Shown: positions 55,522 through 64,000 of the stretch, one piece after another
Position numbering within the stretch: the first letter of the stretch is position 1
Layout: every line of letters starts with the position of its first letter
Source of the DNA: a virus
IMG/VR virus record: IMGVR_UViG_3300039210_000244
Location: 1-64,000 of that record
Reading direction: 5' to 3' (one strand)
Length of the DNA: 64,000 bases
Translations under genes and position numbers: made by a program
The notes under the pieces: generated by a model
What the model saw: the letters and a program-made list of their open reading frames with translations, nothing else
Told to the model about the DNA's origin: nothing
The model's database searches: none

Positions 55522-56961
55522 TTAAGCAACAACGGCATTGTCTTTGCCGGGCTTCGGCTTGCCGGCCGCAGGGCCGTTCGGATTATTCTGATCTTGCGGC
55601 GGGGCTCCCGTCGGAGGATTCGCGCTCGCATTAGAGCCCGCCCGTGCATCGTCCGGAGCGATGCCCGCGACCTCGATCGGCACGTGGATGTTCGAGATGA
55701 AATACTGATCCATGTATGGATCATTGATCGTCGGAAGGCCGCAGAACTTGCGTAGCTCATTCGGCGAACAGCCACCGCGGTCGAACAGCGGGCCATGATC
55801 CTTCATTACCTGCTCAACGTCGATCAGGCCGGAGAGCGAGAAGTCGAGCTTCAGGTCGGGACCGAACGATGGGATCAGCCCGTGCGGCGAGTTTATCGCA
55901 TCGGTAAAAAGATTGAGGAGCGGCAGGCAGGTGTATTTTCGGAACTGGATGTCCTCGACGCGGGCCGTGGCGTAGTTGCTTGAGCCAAATCCAGCGACGG
56001 ACAGCGGTACACCGTGGTTCAGGAAAATCTGCTCAACATTCACCTTCGCCTTTTCCATCTCCTGCATCTGCTGCGCGGTAATGCCCATCTGGAGTAGCGA
56101 CCATTTGCCGTTCATCCAGGCGACTTTGCCGGAATTTTTAACGCCGGCATATTTATCGTTGAACGCCGCCTGCTGTTTTTCCCAGTCGGACTGCACGCCC
56201 TTAAACTCTTCTCGCACGAGAACAGCCGACGGCATGGCGCCGTTCTGCATGAACCGTTCGTTGTAGAGAGCGCGGTTGATGAAATCGTCGAAGACCGACT
56301 CGGCTTGTTCGATCTCACCCAAGCCCCAAATCTGACTACCTGCATTCGGGCGCTTGAAATGGATAATCTCGTCCGGCGTAAACTCCACCTCACCGCCGCT
56401 CACCCGGTAGCAGTATTTTGCCACGCGCATTGTCCTGTCGGGAATGATACGGATTAGGTGCGGGTAGAGGGCGAAGATGTTCTTCGGCTGTCCGTAGCCG
56501 TTCATCTCATCCTTAAACCAGAAGCAGTTGCCCGTGGATTTCATGTGCGCGACCCACAGATACAGCAGCTCGGAAATTGTGTCGTACGGGTTCGGGTTCT
56601 TCAGCAACCGCGCCAGTTCTGGATCCACCTTTACCTTTGCGCCGCGCTTTCTTTTGTCCGGGTCGCTTGAGACGAAACTCATGTCGGTCGAGAGCACGAC
56701 GTTCGCCACGAGGTCGATCGCGCGAGCGGAGGCCCAGACCTGTTTCGTGCTGGCCTTGATGTAGGACGAAAAGCCGGCGAACTTATTCGTCGCGACGCCA
56801 GGGCCTAGCGACATGATGCCGCCGAACGATCCGTCACCTTCGTTATCATCGACTCCGAGTAGCATTTTCTGATCGTTAGATCGGAAAGCTCCAACCAAAG
56901 ATTGGCGGTCAGCAATGAGCGCAGCCGCCTTGGCGGTCGGTGATCCAAAGAATCGCGGCAT
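55522..56961 (-). CDS. Portal protein (HK97 family)
   Basis: LLKNPNPY, GNCFW, EIIHFKRPN, NGAMPSAVL, GVKNSGK, GVPLS, SPNELR. Confidence 0.95.
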   Translation of the reverse strand: MPRFFGSPTAKAAALIADRQSLVGAFRSNDQKMLLGVDDNEGDGSFGGIMSLGPGVATNKFAGFSSYIKASTKQVWASARAIDLVANVVLSTDMSFVSSDPDKRKRGAKVKVDPELARLLKNPNPYDTISELLYLWVAHMKSTGNCFWFKDEMNGYGQPKNIFALYPHLIRIIPDRTMRVAKYCYRVSGGEVEFTPDEIIHFKRPNAGSQIWGLGEIEQAESVFDDFINRALYNERFMQNGAMPSAVLVREEFKGVQSDWEKQQAAFNDKYAGVKNSGKVAWMNGKWSLLQMGITAQQMQEMEKAKVNVEQIFLNHGVPLSVAGFGSSNYATARVEDIQFRKYTCLPLLNLFTDAINSPHGLIPSFGPDLKLDFSLSGLIDVEQVMKDHGPLFDRGGCSPNELRKFCGLPTINDPYMDQYFISNIHVPIEVAGIAPDDARAGSNASANPPTGAPPQDQNNPNGPAAGKPKPGKDNAVVA

Positions 56962-57065
56962 GGTAGTGTTCAGTTCAGTTCGGTTCAGCTCTGGCGTTCG
57001 CACGCTTAGAGAAACACCTCTGGCCGTCTAGCAATTCCCTTAACTTTCGCGCATGGGCACAAAAA

Positions 57066-57091
57066 AGCCGGCCCACCTCGGCGGACCGGCT
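57066..57091 (-). terminator. Intrinsic terminator
   Basis: AGCCGG/CCGGCT hairpin with T6 on the minus strand. Confidence 0.55.
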
Positions 57092-57108
57092 CGAAACTAT
57101 CTCAACGA

Positions 57109-57369
57109 TCAACCTCGTTCGACACCGCGCGGCCCCGGGATCTTGCCGAGCAATCGGTGATAGTCCGTGACCTCGTTCTGGATCGCCTCGAACACCTTTG
57201 CCGAATCGTCGGGAGAGAGATTGGCTGTCTCCATGATTCGAAAGAAGCACGCGGCGTATCCAGCCATGAACATACGTTCACTCTCTTGTTTCTGAGTCTG
57301 GCTGATCGGGTGCATGTGCGGCTCCCAGACAGAGGCGCACAAAGATTTGAAAGCGTTTTGTGCGTTCAT
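57109..57369 (-). CDS. Hypothetical phage protein
   Basis: QKQESERMFMAG; ATGA overlap. Confidence 0.6.
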   Translation of the reverse strand: MNAQNAFKSLCASVWEPHMHPISQTQKQESERMFMAGYAACFFRIMETANLSPDDSAKVFEAIQNEVTDYHRLLGKIPGPRGVERG

Positions 57370-57731
57370 GGTGAGAGTTTGGTGAGTAGAGCCGCGTTCG
57401 CCTGCGCGTCGTGCAGCTCGCGCTCGGTGCGTGCGTGGAAGTAGCGGATGACCGCGTTTCGGTGATTCCAGAAAACACCCTCCAGCCGATCCAGCGACCC
57501 GCACGGACAGTCAAACACGTGTGACACGCCGTTGAAGTCGCCGACGCTGATCGAGCTGCTCGCGTTGTCCGGGATGTAGAGATCCGGCTTCGCCTTGCGA
57601 TTCGCTTCGAGCGCTGCGAGCTCACCGTCATCCATGTTCTCGCCGGTCGCGACGTAGTGCTTGCGGCCACACTGGCACGTCGCGGTCGGTGATCCTCCCC
57701 AGCTAAGCATTGCTTCGAATTCTTTTGTCAT
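57366..57731 (-). CDS. Hypothetical protein
   Basis: CQCGRKH...CPCG. Confidence 0.6.
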   Translation of the reverse strand: MTKEFEAMLSWGGSPTATCQCGRKHYVATGENMDDGELAALEANRKAKPDLYIPDNASSSISVGDFNGVSHVFDCPCGSLDRLEGVFWNHRNAVIRYFHARTERELHDAQANAALLTKLSP

Positions 57732-57734
57732 AGG

Positions 57735-58091
57735 TCAGAGGGTTTCAGGTTGAACGCGATCAGGAATGGCCGGCAGTGGCATCCACGCTTCAGGCGGACT
57801 CACGCGCTGCTCACGCGTTCCCCGGGCACCGGTCGTTCGCCAATACGGCGCCGGCCTATTGGCATACTTGTCGTCATCCCATTCCGCGAGCTCGTGGTAG
57901 CCTTTGAATGGTGTTCGGACGAGCACGAGGATTCGTGTTCCATCCCTCGGCGCAGAGTCCATCGGTTGCCAAGGCGGAGGCAACGCGCAGGGCTTTTTCG
58001 CGAACAGAAAAGCGAACTCCGGCCGCGTGAAATGCTCGATGATCTTGGCCGCGACTAGACCGTGAGGATCTTTGGGGTCGAAGTGACTCAC
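57735..58091 (-). CDS. DUF551-like phage protein
   Basis: WQPMDSAPRDGTRILV...WMPLP. Confidence 0.75.
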   Translation of the reverse strand: MSHFDPKDPHGLVAAKIIEHFTRPEFAFLFAKKPCALPPPWQPMDSAPRDGTRILVLVRTPFKGYHELAEWDDDKYANRPAPYWRTTGARGTREQRVSPPEAWMPLPAIPDRVQPETL

Positions 58092-58486
58092 GTTGGCACC
58101 TCCAATCCGCCGGTCGCATGACACCAAACCCGGCTGTGCGCCATCAGCGCCTCGTCGTTCTTCTTAATCTGCTGCCACAGCCCCTCCGCCCCGGCCCTAT
58201 GGACGCTGCGCAGGATCTCATTGTGCCGGGCGCGTATGATGTTGTCGCTCGCGCGTAGCGCCGTCTCCAACGCCTCGATTCGGGCATGCAGCGTCGCCAG
58301 TTCGGCGACGTCCGCCGTTCGCTCTTTGTCTTTGGCGATGATCACGCGGGCGGACATTGCCAAGCCGTGCGTGGCCTCGATCAACTCGCGTTCGATCTTC
58401 TCGGCGAAGTCGAGGCATTCATGCGCCCAAAGGGCAACGAGTGGGACGCGCGCCCGCAGCCCGTCTGTTCGTGGTGTGCCGCTCAT
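58088..58486 (-). CDS. Hypothetical coiled-coil phage protein
   Basis: MSGTPRTD...FAEKIEREL. Confidence 0.65.
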   Translation of the reverse strand: MSGTPRTDGLRARVPLVALWAHECLDFAEKIERELIEATHGLAMSARVIIAKDKERTADVAELATLHARIEALETALRASDNIIRARHNEILRSVHRAGAEGLWQQIKKNDEALMAHSRVWCHATGGLEVPT

Positions 58487-58818
58487 GGCGTGGCCTTTCG
58501 CGCGGCGGAGATCGTCAAGCGAGCCACCTCGGTCGCGAGTTTGTCGGCACTGTGACACGCAACCTTGTACTGGCCCGCCCAACTTTCCGCGGCTTCGGTT
58601 GCCCGATCCGCCCGTGCTTTCTCTTCGGCGTATGCGTCGAGGCGTTGGGATGACCGCTCACCGATTTCCCTGATGAAGTCTTCGGTCGAGTAGTCGCCTT
58701 CCAGCACGCTATGGCGCTGTGCGAGATGGTAGAGACTGCTCAGCCGGCCATACGCCTCGGCCAGAGCGCCTCCGTTCCAGGCTCGTTTGTACGCCTCGAC
58801 GAATTGGACCGCGCTCAT
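58483..58818 (-). CDS. Hypothetical protein
   Basis: ATGA overlaps at both ends. Confidence 0.55.
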   Translation of the reverse strand: MSAVQFVEAYKRAWNGGALAEAYGRLSSLYHLAQRHSVLEGDYSTEDFIREIGERSSQRLDAYAEEKARADRATEAAESWAGQYKVACHSADKLATEVARLTISAARKATP

Positions 58819-60065
58819 GCGGTGTCCTTTTCGCTTCTCGTACGTAATGGGTTGTACTCCACGAAGCCGAGCAACGCATCGCCGGAAAAGGTATCCACGA
58901 TCGACGCGGCGACCTTCCGTCCGGTCAGAGCCTCGCAAATTCCGTTGATCAGACCGATCGGGCGAAGGGAGAAACCTACACCGGCGTCATCCACATAGCG
59001 AACCTGAATGGTCGGATGATTCGCCAGTACTTCGTTACAAGAAACACCCTTGTTCAGCAGCTCCATCACCGCCCGCGAATCGGCTTTGCACGCCTCGTTG
59101 AGTACACGAAGGAACGAGTCAAACGTATCGGCAGCGGGTCGATTCCGTTCGATTTTCGCCGCGTCTTCTAGGTAGCGAATGCGACCGCGTTGGCGCTCGA
59201 TCTTTGCCCGCAGTTCGTCGTTCACCTTCCGTTCGGTCTGCAACTTCACGTCGTAGATGGTGGACTCAGTAATGGCCAACGCCTGACGGTTGTTGGCAGC
59301 CTCGACCTGCATGGCGATGTGCTCTTCGAGTGAGCAGAGGTCACGGCGCCAGTCCTTCTCATCGTGCACGTAGCGGAATCGCTCACACAGCCGGGCGTGG
59401 AATGACTTGAACATGCCCAAAATAGCTTGGGCGTCGTTCTCTCGCTCGGCGGAACGTTGCATCATTGCGGCCACGTCCGCGAGTGGGAATGGCTCATATC
59501 CCTCCTTACATGAAGCGATCATCGGGCTCGTGATTCCGCACTTCTTATCCGCCAGCGGCGCGCCCGGTCCGGGCGCCACGACGTTGCAGCCGGTCAACTC
59601 CTTCAGCGCCGTCGCCCATTGGGCATGTTTTTGCGTCCCTCGGAAGTGCGCATGGTTGTCGCCGTAGGCTCGGCAGAGCGCGAATCCCATCTCCCATGCG
59701 AGGCGCAGGAGATCCTCGTTAACGATACGCGCGGGCACCACGTCCGCAACCGCAGGTTCGCCGGCGGGACAAACGCGAAGCATATCCGCATGCGTCCGCA
59801 GCCGCCGCGGGCAGCCGTAGAGCACGAGCGCTCGGATCGCCAGCGCCGCACACTTGCGCAGCTCGTGGAGCGCCCTGTCGCCGGAGTGATACACATACGC
59901 GCCACGCGCGATCATCACCTGATCTTCGAGCGTCAGGATTTGGCCCTGCACTCCGTTGTCTTTGGCATCGGCGCGGCTCGTTCCGGCCATGCGGTTCTGG
60001 TGGGCGAGCTCTTCGTTCAGAGCTTCGATGACGCTGGGCGTCAGTTGTACGTTCACAGTGTCCAT
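58815..60065 (-). CDS. Composite hypothetical protein; N-terminus resembles an all-alpha NTP-pyrophosphatase-like unit
   Basis: EELAHQ...ELRKCAALAIRAL; follows the promoter motif (~60100-60150) and leader repeat. Confidence 0.55.
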   Translation of the reverse strand: MDTVNVQLTPSVIEALNEELAHQNRMAGTSRADAKDNGVQGQILTLEDQVMIARGAYVYHSGDRALHELRKCAALAIRALVLYGCPRRLRTHADMLRVCPAGEPAVADVVPARIVNEDLLRLAWEMGFALCRAYGDNHAHFRGTQKHAQWATALKELTGCNVVAPGPGAPLADKKCGITSPMIASCKEGYEPFPLADVAAMMQRSAERENDAQAILGMFKSFHARLCERFRYVHDEKDWRRDLCSLEEHIAMQVEAANNRQALAITESTIYDVKLQTERKVNDELRAKIERQRGRIRYLEDAAKIERNRPAADTFDSFLRVLNEACKADSRAVMELLNKGVSCNEVLANHPTIQVRYVDDAGVGFSLRPIGLINGICEALTGRKVAASIVDTFSGDALLGFVEYNPLRTRSEKDTA

Positions 60066-60249
60066 AATCAGTTCGGGTTCAATTCGGGTTAACCAACACC
60101 AACAGGAAACCGAACGAGATCAGAGGACGCGCTAAATGTAAAGATAGAATGCGAGCACGAACAAATATCGTGTATGTAATTCCGTGCGGTGGCGCCCTGC
60201 CATTTTTCTCCTATGAAGCCGCAAAACGCATGATTTCATAACTAACGAA

Positions 60250-62304
60250 TCACGCCATGAGCAGCACGTCATCATTCGACGCCATTTCCCACAACACCGT
60301 CACCGCGTCCACTTGGTCATCGTGCGTGCAGTTCGGGAACTGGCGGAGTTCGTCGAGGAAATCCTGATTCCACAGCCCCTCGACGATAAACAAATTGTCG
60401 GCCGCGATCGTCGCCAGCCACGGCAGAGCACGCGTCTGCTTGTCCGCCGCCGGACGGTAGTCCTGCACGATCGCACGGCCAACCAGCGTTTCACGCAACT
60501 CCTGCGCTGCCACTTCCCAGCCTCTCACCGCCTCGATGCCAACACGTCCAACATTGTCCACGTTCACCGCGTAGTTCGTAATGGTCTTCTTTTGGTCGGG
60601 CCACGCGCGTTTGTCCCGGTCGATGTGAACGATGTAGAGCTGCCTGAGCTCGACTTCTTCGCCGTTGTCCAGCTTGCGTTTCACCGTCCGAACACCGCCG
60701 TACACACCCACCGAGTAATCGGCCGCGGTCTTGATACTGATCGCCAAATCCCATCCGCGCATCAGCTCCATGTCCGCCGGCACTTCGCTGCGCTTGATCT
60801 TCCGGACCCTGTTCACGTCGCACAAATTGCCGTCCGGTGGGTTCGGCCGCTGCTGGTACTGCGCATTCCACTCGAATGGTCCAACGATCAGCCGGCGTGC
60901 CTGTAGCTTGCCAACCGTCCAACGCTCCGGCCACAACGCCTCACCGGCCTTGCGGTGCATCGGGTCGGTCTCCGGGTTCTCGCAGATTGCCTCCATGTTC
61001 ACGAGCTCGAACACCTCTTCAGGGAAACCCGCATCCTCCAGCTCCTTCACGCGCTTCGGATCTTTCAGCCGGCCGATCAAATCGTCTTCGTGCCAACGCG
61101 TCTGGATCACGATCACCACGCCGTCAGGGCTCAGACGGTTGACCACCGTGCCAGTGAACCAATTCCACACCTCGTCGCGCCGCGCCTGACTGTTCGCCTC
61201 TGCGCGATTCTTGATCGGGTCGTCGATTATGAAGCAATTATGAGTGAGGATTCCATTAGCGAAGAAGTTCTCAGTTCCTTCAACCTGAAGATTGAACACA
61301 TCGGTGTCGCGGTATATTCGCTCAACCATGGCCACAGAATCACTGACCGTTTGGATTTCTGAGCAGCATGGAATTGCGTGTGACATTTCAGACAGAGCGT
61401 CACGAGGTTCGTTGGTCTGTGATCCGTCGGATCTAGATTGTTCGAGCAGTAGAATTCCATTAGCCCTCGCTTCAGATGCTTGTGCATCTCGTGCGGTTTT
61501 CTTGTCATCGGTTTTCGGCATCGCGAGCACGAGACGATCACCGGGGGCAAGTTCCATCGCCCGCGTGTATTCTTTTCCCGTGAAGAAAGGATGCTCTCCC
61601 GTAGCCTCAACCACTCGTCCAGAGGCAGTGCTAATTCTATAGATGGTCGCAGCTCGTCGAAAAGCAGTTGCTCTAACACGCCTCCAACACAGTCCTTCGG
61701 GTTCATGACTATATGATAACACATAAACGTCGCGTTGCGATATGTTTATATCCGAAATTGGGATGTTACCCTCGCTCGTTGTAATGAGCGTATCTGGTGT
61801 TAAACAATCTGCGCCTCTTCCGACACCGCCACCGCCGACGCCGGTCGCGAAGTACGCGCCGCCGTGAACCGTGCGCCAGAGCTTCGTCGTGTCGTGCGTT
61901 ACGTCGATGACCTGCTCAGGAAAGAATCGCCGGCACCGTGCGCTGTTGAGCACGGCCTTGGTCTGGATCGAAAACTCTTCCGAGAGCTCAGCCGTGTAGC
62001 CGGCCTGGATGATTTCAAGCGCCATCTTCCGCGCGGCGGATTTGATATGTGCCCACGCAGGGAACATGACCGAAGTCGTGCGCGACTTGCCGTGACGCGG
62101 AGGAAACGAAATCGCCAGCCGCTTGATCTTTCCCGTGTAGCAGTCTTCCAGCTTCCGGCTCAGCAGCTCGTGACACGCGCCCGCGCGATACTTCGGATCG
62201 ACCAATTCGGAGAATGCCGCCAGCGAATTGAGCGCCCCGTCCTTTAGCAGAAACTCCTGCTCACGCTGGAGCGTCTGCGGGTCGGTTGCGCTGGATACGC
62301 TCAT
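60250..62304 (-). CDS. terL: Terminase large subunit containing an intein
   Basis: PPRHGKS Walker A, GRGAD|C...HN|CFIIDDPIK, QTRWHEDDL, YQQRP, WDLA, DYS, HDDQVDA. Confidence 0.95.
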   Translation of the reverse strand: MSVSSATDPQTLQREQEFLLKDGALNSLAAFSELVDPKYRAGACHELLSRKLEDCYTGKIKRLAISFPPRHGKSRTTSVMFPAWAHIKSAARKMALEIIQAGYTAELSEEFSIQTKAVLNSARCRRFFPEQVIDVTHDTTKLWRTVHGGAYFATGVGGGGVGRGADCLTPDTLITTSEGNIPISDINISQRDVYVLSYSHEPEGLCWRRVRATAFRRAATIYRISTASGRVVEATGEHPFFTGKEYTRAMELAPGDRLVLAMPKTDDKKTARDAQASEARANGILLLEQSRSDGSQTNEPRDALSEMSHAIPCCSEIQTVSDSVAMVERIYRDTDVFNLQVEGTENFFANGILTHNCFIIDDPIKNRAEANSQARRDEVWNWFTGTVVNRLSPDGVVIVIQTRWHEDDLIGRLKDPKRVKELEDAGFPEEVFELVNMEAICENPETDPMHRKAGEALWPERWTVGKLQARRLIVGPFEWNAQYQQRPNPPDGNLCDVNRVRKIKRSEVPADMELMRGWDLAISIKTAADYSVGVYGGVRTVKRKLDNGEEVELRQLYIVHIDRDKRAWPDQKKTITNYAVNVDNVGRVGIEAVRGWEVAAQELRETLVGRAIVQDYRPAADKQTRALPWLATIAADNLFIVEGLWNQDFLDELRQFPNCTHDDQVDAVTVLWEMASNDDVLLMA
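61227..61724 (-). pseudogene. Out-of-frame HNH endonuclease remnant nested in the intein
   Basis: Alternate frame reads CSRCRKPM...FYCS and DHRPTNLVTLCLKCHTQFH. Confidence 0.6.
61237..61806 (-). mobile_element. Intein (190 aa) just before terminase Walker B
   Basis: Starts CLTPDTLI; block B EATGEHPF; ends VFNLQVEGTENFFANGILTHN; +1 residue Cys; AT-richer than flanks. Confidence 0.93.
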
Positions 62305-62857
62305 AGTGTCGTTTCAAAAGATCGTCCTTCTCTATGTCGGTCATCCCGGTCGTATCCGTGGTCTCGGTCTGGATCGGCGCACCGTTCGGGCCGGAGTGCT
62401 CCGCCTTCACGAAGTTGCGCTGCCCCCACTTGTCCGGGTTCTTCCGCTCAAGGCGCCACGCCGCGGCCTGCCAGCTTTTGACGCTGGCTTTCTTGATCGT
62501 CACCACGTCGGACAGGTCCGCTTCAGCGACCGCTTTTTCAATTGCGTCAAGAAACTGCAGCAGGAGGCGCTGCTTCGAGCCGATGCGCTGCCTGCCGCCG
62601 CCAAGCTCTGCTTTCTTTATGTTCTCGCGTATATCGTTGGCGTCCTTGAACCACGTGAAGTAAGTCTGCTTTGACACGCCCGCGGCAATGGCCGCGGTTT
62701 CGATGTAGCTCCCCATGCGGACGTAGCTGACGATCGTGGCGATCAGCTCGGGTGAGAGCTTGGTTGGACGCCCTTCGCGAATGCGGGGAGCCCGTTTTGC
62801 TGCAGCTTTTGCCAAAGCTGGCGGGATTTCCGGCGTGCTGTTGGCTTCAGACGACAT
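62261..62857 (-). CDS. terS: Terminase small subunit
   Basis: GRPTKL...AAIAAGVSKQTYFTW...WQAAAWRLERK...EHSGPNGAPI; directly upstream of terL. Confidence 0.85.
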   Translation of the reverse strand: MSSEANSTPEIPPALAKAAAKRAPRIREGRPTKLSPELIATIVSYVRMGSYIETAAIAAGVSKQTYFTWFKDANDIRENIKKAELGGGRQRIGSKQRLLLQFLDAIEKAVAEADLSDVVTIKKASVKSWQAAAWRLERKNPDKWGQRNFVKAEHSGPNGAPIQTETTDTTGMTDIEKDDLLKRHYERIQRNRPADAPA

Positions 62858-63650
62858 TGGGAGCGGGCGTTGAGGCTGGCTGATCCGTAGAGTCGGCCTG
62901 CGTTGACGTTGTGGCGGTGGCCAGCATCGAGGTGAGCTGATCGATCAGGGCGGACATCGCGACGGCGGTGTTCTTGATGTTGTCCCGCCGCTTCTTCTCC
63001 ATGATGGCCTTGAAGAGATCATCGTACTTGGCGAGCGGTGCGATATACACCTGCTTGGCGCCGACGAGCTCGGCCATCTTGTCGAGCAAGGCGTCGAAGT
63101 TCTTCACCTCGTCAGGGAGGAACCAAAGTGTGATTGCCTCCGTGCGGATCTGTTCGGCGCCGAAGCCTGCGAAGTTCACCTTGGAGATTTCGCCGAGCAC
63201 CTTCGAGTCGAGACCCGAGTAGATGCGGTCGCTGATGTCGTCGATCTCGTGCCACAGCTCAACGAGCAACTGCAGGTCATCCTGGCCAACGATCGCGTTG
63301 TGCGACAGCTGGACCGCGCGCTTCTTTCCGACCTTCAGCTCGTAGCTGAAGCAGAGAATGATTATCTCCTTTACGCCGGCTTCGACCGCAGCTTTGACGC
63401 GGTGATTGCCTGAGATGATTTCGATACCGCCCGCATCAAGCTTGTGGCAGAGCGGGACGGACTGGAGCGCGCCGTCGCCTTTGACGTTCTGCATCAGTTG
63501 GTCGAAGACCTCCTTTGGCATGTAACGCGCGTTCTTCCGTGTGGGCAGCAAATCAGCTGGATTTACGACGAGCAGTTCGAGCTTGTCGCCGAAGATGCGC
63601 TTGCTGATTTCGGTCAGCTTCGCGTTCAGGGATTCGATGTCTTCATTCAT
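62847..63650 (-). CDS. ParB/Srx-like N-terminal domain protein
   Basis: KNARYM...IISGNHRVKAA...LSHNAIVGQDD. Confidence 0.85.
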   Translation of the reverse strand: MNEDIESLNAKLTEISKRIFGDKLELLVVNPADLLPTRKNARYMPKEVFDQLMQNVKGDGALQSVPLCHKLDAGGIEIISGNHRVKAAVEAGVKEIIILCFSYELKVGKKRAVQLSHNAIVGQDDLQLLVELWHEIDDISDRIYSGLDSKVLGEISKVNFAGFGAEQIRTEAITLWFLPDEVKNFDALLDKMAELVGAKQVYIAPLAKYDDLFKAIMEKKRRDNIKNTAVAMSALIDQLTSMLATATTSTQADSTDQPASTPAPNVV

Positions 63651-64000
63651 TGGCTACGTCTTTCGATTTGAGGCTTTGCTGTTTCTGTAACCATTCGGCG
63701 TACAGGGCGCGCATCCGCTTCTGGCCGATGTGCGCATAATAATTGATGGACCACACTCCGCTGTCCGTCTTCTTACGGGAATGGAGCTTGAAGGCGCCGC
63801 GGTACTTCATCGACGCGGGGTTGTGCGAGAATGCGGTCGTGAAGATGAACTTCACCGACTGCATCGTTCGGTGTTCGAGCTCGGTCTGCATTTCCTTCGA
63901 GCAGAGCGCGGCGAGCACGAGTTTCGAGAGACGGGGATGATTCTCCAACGTCACCGGGAGATCCGACATCAGGTAGAGGCACTGAGCTCCGATGTTCTGG
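63643..64000 (-). CDS. C-terminal part of a ParB-associated putative DNA-modification (GNAT-like) protein; 5' end outside the window
   Basis: YLMSDLPV...RLSKLVL...TTAFS.NPASMKYRG; frame open to the window end. Confidence 0.55.
   Translation of the reverse strand, partial: QNIGAQCLYLMSDLPVTLENHPRLSKLVLAALCSKEMQTELEHRTMQSVKFIFTTAFSHNPASMKYRGAFKLHSRKKTDSGVWSINYYAHIGQKRMRALYAEWLQKQQSLKSKDVANE

Overview
The window is a ~64 kb section of a tailed (siphovirus-like, HK97-fold capsid) phage or prophage, almost all encoded on the minus strand. Two VPDSG/PEP-CTERM-type sorting-signal proteins suggest a Verrucomicrobiota-like host (inference). In transcription order (right to left): ParB-like and DNA-modification genes, terminase small and large subunits (the large one carries an intein with an out-of-frame HNH remnant), portal, MuF, fibre-like proteins, prohead protease, major capsid, head-tail and tail genes, tape measure, tail tip, membrane/lysis-like genes, then early and replication genes (Gp37/Gp68-like, ASCH, metallophosphoesterase, SMC-like ATPase, Pif1 and UvrD helicases, SSB, MazG, methyltransferase). 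The main find is a complete integron inside the phage early region (15292-18948): an intact integron integrase, an attI-like site and 7 attC-flanked cassettes. All cassette ORFs run antisense to the attC orientation, towards intI. The attC sites are themselves protein-coding: they supply start codons and N-termini to their own gene and C-termini and stop codons to the neighbouring gene, in conserved frames across the core sites. Also seen: a repeated (AACCCG/AACCTG)n leader before many start codons, a repeated TCTTTAC promoter motif and two candidate structured RNAs. All calls come from reading the sequence and translations; no database searches were run.
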